From positions 10,243 through 74,242 of IMG/VR virus record IMGVR_UViG_3300034111_000674: 64,000 nucleotides of DNA. One strand, given 5' to 3'. Below, piece after piece: positions 59,179 to 64,000 of this stretch. The notes beneath the pieces are model-generated. The model saw only the letters and a program-made list of their open reading frames with translations. It did not search any database and was not told the DNA's origin. Both the position numbers and the translations under genes were made by a program. The first letter of the stretch is position 1. Each line of letters starts with the position of its first letter. This DNA comes from a virus (Duplodnaviria; Caudoviricetes).

Positions 59179-59931
59179 TTATGCTTTCTTTAAAAATTGA
59201 GTTAAATTGTCAACGATTGTTATACCGTATTGTTCTGCTTTTTTACGCTTAGAACTGTTGTCATTAGCTTCGTCTACCAAGTAACTCAGTGTTTTTGTAA
59301 CACTGTCAACTACTTTGTACCCGGCTGTGACCAGTGCTTCACTGGCCTCACTCTTGGTCTTAAACGAAGTCAATTTACCTGTGATACAAACAGTTGGTCC
59401 GCTTGTACTGTGGGTAACTTGAACGTTGGAACGGAAAGAGAACGGTAAAAACTCCTTCAATTCCTTGTATTCTGTTTCTAGCCAATCCATCAAATTGCTT
59501 GTGGCTTTGTCTCCCAATCCTGCTTGTTTACACTTTTCGTGGTCGATTTCGTCAATGTGGGCCACAGCACCAGCAATCTTGTTGCTGGCTGTGGTTCCAA
59601 TCAGTGGAATGGAAAAACTACTCAACACTGTTGCCAAGTCAGCACCCCTGGCTTTATCAATCTCACCCAATAGTTTGATGGCCACCTTTGTGCTGCCCAG
59701 TGCCTCGACCAATTGATCTTGTTCTAGGTAAAAGATTTCTGTCAAGTCGCTCAGTTGAAGCTTCTCCACAGTTTTAGGGCCAAAACCCTTGATGCCCAGT
59801 GTCTTACAAAAGTGTTCTACTTTTGAGTATAACTGAGCACTGCAACCAACATTGCGACAAAACAGTTGGTCGTTGACTTGTTGGAGTGTGTAGTCACAGC
59901 AGGGGCAGTTGGTTGGAATGAGGATCTTCAT
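59179..59931 (-). CDS. ligB: NAD-dependent DNA ligase subunit B (Zn finger, HhH, BRCT)
   Basis: CPCC...CRNVGC; IKGFGPKT; CITGKL...SSKRKKAEQYGI. Confidence 0.9.
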   Translation of the reverse strand: MKILIPTNCPCCDYTLQQVNDQLFCRNVGCSAQLYSKVEHFCKTLGIKGFGPKTVEKLQLSDLTEIFYLEQDQLVEALGSTKVAIKLLGEIDKARGADLATVLSSFSIPLIGTTASNKIAGAVAHIDEIDHEKCKQAGLGDKATSNLMDWLETEYKELKEFLPFSFRSNVQVTHSTSGPTVCITGKLTSFKTKSEASEALVTAGYKVVDSVTKTLSYLVDEANDNSSKRKKAEQYGITIVDNLTQFLKKA

Positions 59932-59956
59932 GGCTTTTTAACTATTTAGAACAGTA

Positions 59957-59985
59957 ATTATAGCTTGTTTGATAGCTGTATGCAA
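59957..59985 (-). promoter_or_regulatory. sigma70 promoter for ligB-D5
   Basis: TTGCAT-N17-TATAAT. Confidence 0.8.
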
Positions 59986-60026
59986 GACAAAATTTGTTGT
60001 GCCCCAAGGCCTAAAATACACTTGAC

Positions 60027-60974
60027 CTACTCTACCTTGTAGACAATTTCGGGAATGATTTCACCTGCCCTGCGAATCGCCACTCGGTCACCGATGTGTA
60101 AGTCTAGGGCTCGGATAAATCCTGGATTGTTTAAAGTGGCACGGCTTACCATGGCATCACCTACTAACACTGGCTCCAAGATTGCGACAGGAGTTACCTT
60201 GCCAGTCTTGCCCACACCCCACTCTACATCCAGTAGCACAGTTTCAACGCACTCACCACGAGTCTTTTTGGCATACGCTCCACGAGGATGTTTTGCAGTA
60301 TAGCCTAACTGTTCAAAAGTCTGGTTACTGTCTACACGAAACACCACACCGTCTGTGGGATAGATGTGGTGTAGGTTGTCGTCAAATACGGTGTTGAAAC
60401 CCCAGCTCTTCAAACACTTCAAGTCCCAGGTATAGCTTGGTGTCAGGGCTGGAGTGCACTGATAAGCAAAGAACTCCACACTGCGGGTGGAGAACTCCTC
60501 CAATGAACCCAGGTTGAGAGCACCTGCTGCATAGTTGCGGCTGTTTTCCACATGGGCTGGGGCACATACTTCGCCTGTGACCTGAAGCACCCCACTCTGG
60601 TCGATGGTCTTGGGCACAAGTCGGGCCAGTTTGGGTGTAACATCGCGCCCCTCTTTGCCATCCCCTCGGGTTAGTGCACGCACAAACACTCCGTCTACAT
60701 ACAGAAGGGACACAGCCGCGCCGTCCAGTTTGGGAGTCATTACCACATTGGTATAGTGTTCAAACAGTGGGTTAGGGCGGTCTTCGTCTTCGTACCACTT
60801 TTGCAGTGAGTACATGGGGTACAAGTGCCGTTGTACATCGCCATGCTGAACAGCGCCTACTTTGTTGTAGCCACAGCTTTCAGCAAGATTGTCAAACTGT
60901 TCGTCTGAAATAATAGGTGTACCATTGTAGTAGTGACGACTGGCATTGTCTAAAAACTCTGTTAGATTGTTCAT
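60027..60974 (-). CDS. ligA: NAD-dependent DNA ligase subunit A (adenylation + OB)
   Basis: PKLDG; LTRGDG; RNYAAG; DGVVFR; RAGEIIP. Confidence 0.95.
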   Translation of the reverse strand: MNNLTEFLDNASRHYYNGTPIISDEQFDNLAESCGYNKVGAVQHGDVQRHLYPMYSLQKWYEDEDRPNPLFEHYTNVVMTPKLDGAAVSLLYVDGVFVRALTRGDGKEGRDVTPKLARLVPKTIDQSGVLQVTGEVCAPAHVENSRNYAAGALNLGSLEEFSTRSVEFFAYQCTPALTPSYTWDLKCLKSWGFNTVFDDNLHHIYPTDGVVFRVDSNQTFEQLGYTAKHPRGAYAKKTRGECVETVLLDVEWGVGKTGKVTPVAILEPVLVGDAMVSRATLNNPGFIRALDLHIGDRVAIRRAGEIIPEIVYKVE

Positions 60975-61279
60975 AGTTCTATTGTAGTGGGTTTGGGCTG
61001 AGACTTCAAGTGAGAAATTTTGTTTTCCAAGTGTTGGATAATACTGTCTGCACCCTCTGCTTGACTACACAGCTCCAACAACCCATCTAGTACAGCATAA
61101 GTATTTTGAATTGTAGCAGGAATGGATGCACCCTCTTTGGTTGCAATCCACTCACCCTCATAGCTCAAAAAGTACTTTCGTAGGTGTAGGTACTCTACCT
61201 CACGAAAGCTGCTGACCGTTAAGCGATACTGGTATCCCTTTTCCATGTTTTCATAGATTAACTTCTCATAAACATCCAT
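60971..61279 (-). CDS. PC4-like ssDNA-binding protein
   Basis: RLTVSSFREVEYLHLRKYF...WIATKEGASI PC4 fold; same position as T5's PC4 homolog before ligA. Confidence 0.75.
   Translation of the reverse strand: MDVYEKLIYENMEKGYQYRLTVSSFREVEYLHLRKYFLSYEGEWIATKEGASIPATIQNTYAVLDGLLELCSQAEGADSIIQHLENKISHLKSQPKPTTIEL
60981..61009 (-). promoter_or_regulatory. sigma70 promoter, predicted leaderless start at ligA ATG
   Basis: TTGAAG-N17-TACAAT, then 6 nt (AGAACT) to ATG 60974; no SD. Confidence 0.7.
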
Positions 61280-61280
61280 G

Positions 61281-61892
61281 CTATACCTTTACACCCAGTT
61301 CTGTCAAGTGCTTTAGTGATGCCAGTTCGCTAGCAGGTTGATAACAATACTGTTGCCAGCGGTCGCTCAATAACCACAAACGATACACGTATTCTTCTGG
61401 GTGAGGAAACTCGCCTTCCACCACAGCCATGCTGTCATAGCGTGCACTGTAGACTCGTTCACCCATGTCAAACTTTGTACGAACTGCACCTTCTGGGATC
61501 AGTTCGGGTTTGAAGTAATCGTGCGATCTGCTACGGATTGGCACTTCGTACCGGTCTAACACCTGTTTTACAAAAGTGTTAGGCCGGTGGATATTGTTGC
61601 TCAAACTGTCGATTGTGTCGCCCTCCAGGTAACCACTGATAATATAGCTGATCTCTTCCGGTGTGGCGGGTGTTCCGCGCTTTTCTTGACGATAGCGACG
61701 ATCACGCGCCTTCTTTTCTTTGTGCTTTTCGATGAGATTGCCCAATCTGGTGGTATTGTAGGCAATGTTTAAGATCGAGCACGCCTCTTTTTTGGTGATT
61801 GGCTTTTCGGCCTCCAACAGTGCAATAACTTTGTCTAGGTTGGAGGGATCCAGCTTTTCATCATCACCGTTTTTAGTCTTCTTAGAGGGCAC
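61281..61892 (-). CDS. DNA-binding protein (T5 D2-like)
   Basis: TKKEACSILNIAYNTTRL HTH-like motif recalled from T5-like D2. Confidence 0.55.
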   Translation of the reverse strand: MPSKKTKNGDDEKLDPSNLDKVIALLEAEKPITKKEACSILNIAYNTTRLGNLIEKHKEKKARDRRYRQEKRGTPATPEEISYIISGYLEGDTIDSLSNNIHRPNTFVKQVLDRYEVPIRSRSHDYFKPELIPEGAVRTKFDMGERVYSARYDSMAVVEGEFPHPEEYVYRLWLLSDRWQQYCYQPASELASLKHLTELGVKV

Positions 61893-62091
61893 GATTCATC
61901 ACCTTTCTTTCACCGTTTTCATCAAAACCACACAATACTTGGGGAACGTCACTCCAGTCGGTCCAGGTGTGCTCTGTTACCCAACCCGGGTTACCATCAG
62001 CGCCCATTGTGGACCGGACTTCGCGTTCACGAACTCTGTACTGCAACACACGGTGGCCACTTCCAAAAACCAGCCAGCGAAGTTCAATCAT
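61882..62091 (-). CDS. Hypothetical protein (69 aa)
   Basis: GGAGG SD; in operon. Confidence 0.6.
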   Translation of the reverse strand: MIELRWLVFGSGHRVLQYRVREREVRSTMGADGNPGWVTEHTWTDWSDVPQVLCGFDENGERKVMNRAL

Positions 62092-62110
62092 AAATCCTCC
62101 AATAACGACT

Positions 62111-62133
62111 AAAGGCGGCCTGAGCCGCCTTTT
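62111..62133 (-). terminator. Rho-independent terminator after D3
   Basis: AAAGGCGGC-N4-GCCGCCTTT. Confidence 0.75.
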
Positions 62134-62135
62134 AA

Positions 62136-62495
62136 TTAACCAGAGATAACGCCGGTCAGATAGACAGCGGCCTTGCCGGTCAGCTTGTCTAGAATTTCAT
62201 CGTCTACGGTACCACCCTTGGCAGCAATAGCAGCCTTCAGTGCAGCGATGCTGCTCTCCTTCGAGACACGCTTAGTGCCCTCTGAGCCACCGCTTGGCTT
62301 CTTGGTATCGCCACCACTGGCTGCTTCCTTTTTTACATAGACGCCTGCTTGTACCAACACCATACGTACGCCGTTGGGGCTTTGTTCAAAAGTTTCTGCA
62401 ATATCTTTGATGATTTCGGTACTGGTCTCAGGAGTGGGTTCTGCATCCTTGTATGCCTTGATTACTTGAGCCTTGGTTTCGTCGGTCCATGCCAT
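62136..62495 (-). CDS. DNA-binding protein (T5 D3-like)
   Basis: MAWTDE...EPTPETS.EI...SPNGVRMVL...GVYVKK. Confidence 0.6.
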   Translation of the reverse strand: MAWTDETKAQVIKAYKDAEPTPETSTEIIKDIAETFEQSPNGVRMVLVQAGVYVKKEAASGGDTKKPSGGSEGTKRVSKESSIAALKAAIAAKGGTVDDEILDKLTGKAAVYLTGVISG

Positions 62496-62507
62496 GATTG
62501 TTTTCCT

Positions 62508-62771
62508 TTAGTGATAAGATTTAGTTGATTTAGGGGAATAGCCACACTGCAAGAGTTCTTCTTCCAGCAGTTTGTCGTACAGGGCTTCGTAACATGCCAC
62601 AAGCGTGTACAGTGTGTCTGTAGGCACAACACTGGGTGGCAGGTCTTCTGGATTCAGTTTGTCACTGCACAGTTCTTCAATCTTTTCCTTGACTTGTAGG
62701 CTCTGTTGAAGCGTTTGAAATAACAGTTTGTTATCCCACACTCTGAACTTGCGGTGTGATTTTGAATTCAT
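62508..62771 (-). CDS. Hypothetical protein (87 aa; start re-assigned to ATG 62771, predicted leaderless)
   Basis: ATG 7 nt after a TATAAT box; track extension to 62858 overlaps the promoter and RNA stem. Confidence 0.6.
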   Translation of the reverse strand: MNSKSHRKFRVWDNKLLFQTLQQSLQVKEKIEELCSDKLNPEDLPPSVVPTDTLYTLVACYEALYDKLLEEELLQCGYSPKSTKSYH

Positions 62772-62778
62772 TGACATT

Positions 62779-62807
62779 ATTATAAGTGTTTGGGTTGTGT
62801 TGTTCAA
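62779..62807 (-). promoter_or_regulatory. sigma70 promoter
   Basis: TTGAAC-N17-TATAAT. Confidence 0.8.
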
Positions 62808-62821
62808 ATGCAAAATTTTTG

Positions 62822-63023
62822 ACCATAACCAATCATACTCACAGCTGTTTAAGAACATTTAGTCCCCAGGATCGTCTAGGGCATTCAGTCCTCTCATACC
62901 TTTGGCATCGCCTCAAAAGTTCTAAACCCACCACAGGTTGTCGAGGAACTCGGTAGAGATAGGTATCACCCAGTGAGTCAGGCTGCTGGTTGGGCACTTT
63001 GCTCTCAGATGATTGGTTATGGT
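62822..63023 (-). ncRNA. ~200-nt rod-shaped RNA with central bubble (6S-like architecture, unassigned)
   Basis: Perfect 15-bp terminal inverted repeat plus nested helices whose G-U pairs favour the - strand. Confidence 0.5.
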
Positions 63024-63095
63024 GCCGCTTGAGGGACTCGAACTCTCGACCTACCGCTTACAAGGCGGTTGCTCTACCAACTGAGCTAAAGCGGC
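63020..63095 (-). tRNA. tRNA-Thr (anticodon UGU), CCA encoded
   Basis: GCCGCTT/AAGCGGC-A-CCA acceptor; anticodon arm ACCGC-CTTGTAA-GCGGT; TTCGAGT T-loop; 76 nt. Confidence 0.97.
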
Positions 63096-63100
63096 AAGTG

Positions 63101-63168
63101 GCACGACAGCCCATCCTGTTTTCGTCGTGCGCGGAGGCGGGTTCCTCAAGGGGGTGTACAGGCCCGCC
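63101..63168 (-). ncRNA. GC-rich two-hairpin/pseudoknot element immediately 5' of tRNA-Thr
   Basis: Stems GGCGGG/CCCGCC and GCACGAC/GTCGTGC; cross-pair CCTGT/ACAGG. Confidence 0.4.
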
Positions 63169-63226
63169 AATACAAGCACTAGTACTTTGAATACAGAGTA
63201 CCAGTCTTCTTTATCAGTGAAGTGCT

Positions 63227-63416
63227 AGTATTTTATAAACACACCGGGGACCACGGTGCGCACCGTACGGCCTGACCCGCGGAAGGTGTCTCGAGAATAC
63301 TCCGCATATATGTATTAAGTGGCGGTGTGCTTATAGAATACTATTTTATTAAGACACCGCACTTACAGAGGTAACGCGTACCACGGCTAGATCTCGCCTC
63401 AATGTCTTAATAAAAT
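63227..63416. repeat. Alternating-orientation ~17-bp motif (TATTYTATWAAG(C)ACACC) bracketing two small RNA-like inserts
   Basis: Copies at 63227-63245(+), 63324-63342(-), 63342-63358(+), 63403-63416(-); degenerate copy 63285-63301(-). Confidence 0.8.
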
Positions 63417-63741
63417 GCCACATGATTTGTAACAAGGACATGTGGCCAAACCCTGGCTCAGCTAGTTTTTTAGGCTGCTAGAGCGTAAACGCTGTCGTTT
63501 GCATTTAAGTTTTTGCTGTTTCGGATTGAGAAACCCCAACCCTACGGCTTTCACATTGCCGGGTTGCCGTCTTCACTATCTCACGCTGTCGAAACCACAT
63601 CCGGCCCATCAAAAACATATTAGTACACAGTTTTCCCATTTCAGGTTTTAGAGTACCTTATCGGGCTAATATGCTTTTGGTGGACCGGGGCGGGAATGAT
63701 CCGCCGTCCAACATGCCTTCGATCTGACAGAATTACAACCA
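63417..63741 (-). ncRNA. ssrA: tmRNA, circularly permuted two-piece gene: acceptor piece ~63741-63678, intervening segment 63677-63608, coding piece 63607-~63417
   Basis: Acceptor stem GGGCCGG/CCGGTCC-A-CCA with G3-U70; GGTTTCGAC 5' motif; GAC + T-arm; tag ORF 63502-63470 ANDSVYALAA*; the CCA end lies upstream of the 5' end. Confidence 0.93.
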
Positions 63742-63746
63742 TATTC

Positions 63747-63845
63747 TACTACAATCGGGACTCGAACCCGTATGCGACCCGTTCTTCCTGGCCTGTCTAC
63801 TCTGTATCCGGATTTAGGAGTAAACTATCGGTGTTCCAGTGTAGT
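63747..63845 (-). ncRNA. tRNA-like element (non-canonical anticodon arm, long variable region, no CCA)
   Basis: ACTACAC/TTGTAGT-A acceptor-like stem; GAAC/GTTT D-like stem; CGGG-TTCGAGT-CCCG T-arm. Confidence 0.5.
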
Positions 63846-63861
63846 CGGCTAAGTAGTGGTA

Positions 63862-63999
63862 CTAGATTTCTTCGGTGACAACACCATCCATCTTGTCTTC
63901 AAAAAACTGACGGTACCGGTGGGTTAAATCGTACTGACGTTGCAGTGCTTCAACCTGTGCCAGGAACGTAGAACGGGCTGCTTCATAGGCCAGTGCAAA
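63862..63999 (-). CDS. Hypothetical protein, C-terminal fragment (5' outside window)
   Basis: Open frame FALAYEAARSTFLAQVEALQRQYDLTHRYRQFFEDKMDGVVTEEI*. Confidence 0.6.
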   Translation of the reverse strand, partial: FALAYEAARSTFLAQVEALQRQYDLTHRYRQFFEDKMDGVVTEEI

Positions 64000-64000
64000 A

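Noticed and set aside
396-62149. Numerous 60-170-aa ORFs antisense to or nested in larger genes
   Set aside because: Opposite to operon direction, no recognisable motifs or RBS; expected by chance
62861-62901. Plus-strand AGTCCCC...TCATACC similarity to E. coli 6S sequence
   Set aside because: Spacing differs and G-U pairs favour the minus strand; likely coincidental
63101-63168. Hammerhead or HDV/theta ribozyme call
   Set aside because: TTGAGGA/GAAA and CGAA motifs are present, but stem I/II (hammerhead) and P3/P1.1 (HDV) cannot form; theta ribozymes also lie 3' of tRNAs; kept only as an unassigned element
63747-63850. YrlA/Y RNA assignment
   Set aside because: A bulged-C helix (GC[C]GAC/GTCGC) is possible, but arm order is tRNA-like rather than permuted, and no Ro60 gene is in the window
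62990-63878. Track ORFs 62990..63190(+) and 63696..63878(+)
   Set aside because: Antisense to tRNA-Thr, tmRNA and the tRNA-like element; non-coding explanation is far stronger
1-64000. Alternative genetic code or T5-type GCGCGGTG nick sites
   Set aside because: Long ORFs are intact under code 11 with all three stops used; no recurring nick consensus noticed by eye (a motif count would be needed)

Overview
This is a 64-kb segment of a lytic, T5-like (Demerecviridae-related) siphophage. The host is probably an aquatic proteobacterium (inference). The + arm (1-43.4 kb) is late genes: the end of a frameshifted tail chaperone, a tape measure protein, a non-T5-type tail tip, two separately promoted cassettes of very large repeat/lectin virion-appendage proteins (including a 2792-aa acidic repeat protein and a 9xLamG protein), holin-GH24 endolysin, and PhoH. 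The - arm (43.5-62.8 kb) is a replication module in near-T5 order: D3/D2, PC4-like, split NAD ligase, D5, D6 helicase, primase, PolA, D10, D11, D12/D13, D14, D15 and dUTPase. It also carries a class II RNR and a glutaredoxin. The last ~1 kb (62.8-63.85 kb, - strand) is a dense non-coding RNA cluster that the ORF track misses. It contains tRNA-Thr(UGU), a circularly permuted two-piece tmRNA gene (tag ANDSVYALAA), a tRNA-like element, a ~200-nt 6S-like rod, and small GC-rich RNAs bracketed by an alternating-orientation AT-rich stem motif. This cluster is the best candidate for an undescribed system. All assignments are from motif recognition by eye; no searches or folding programs were run.
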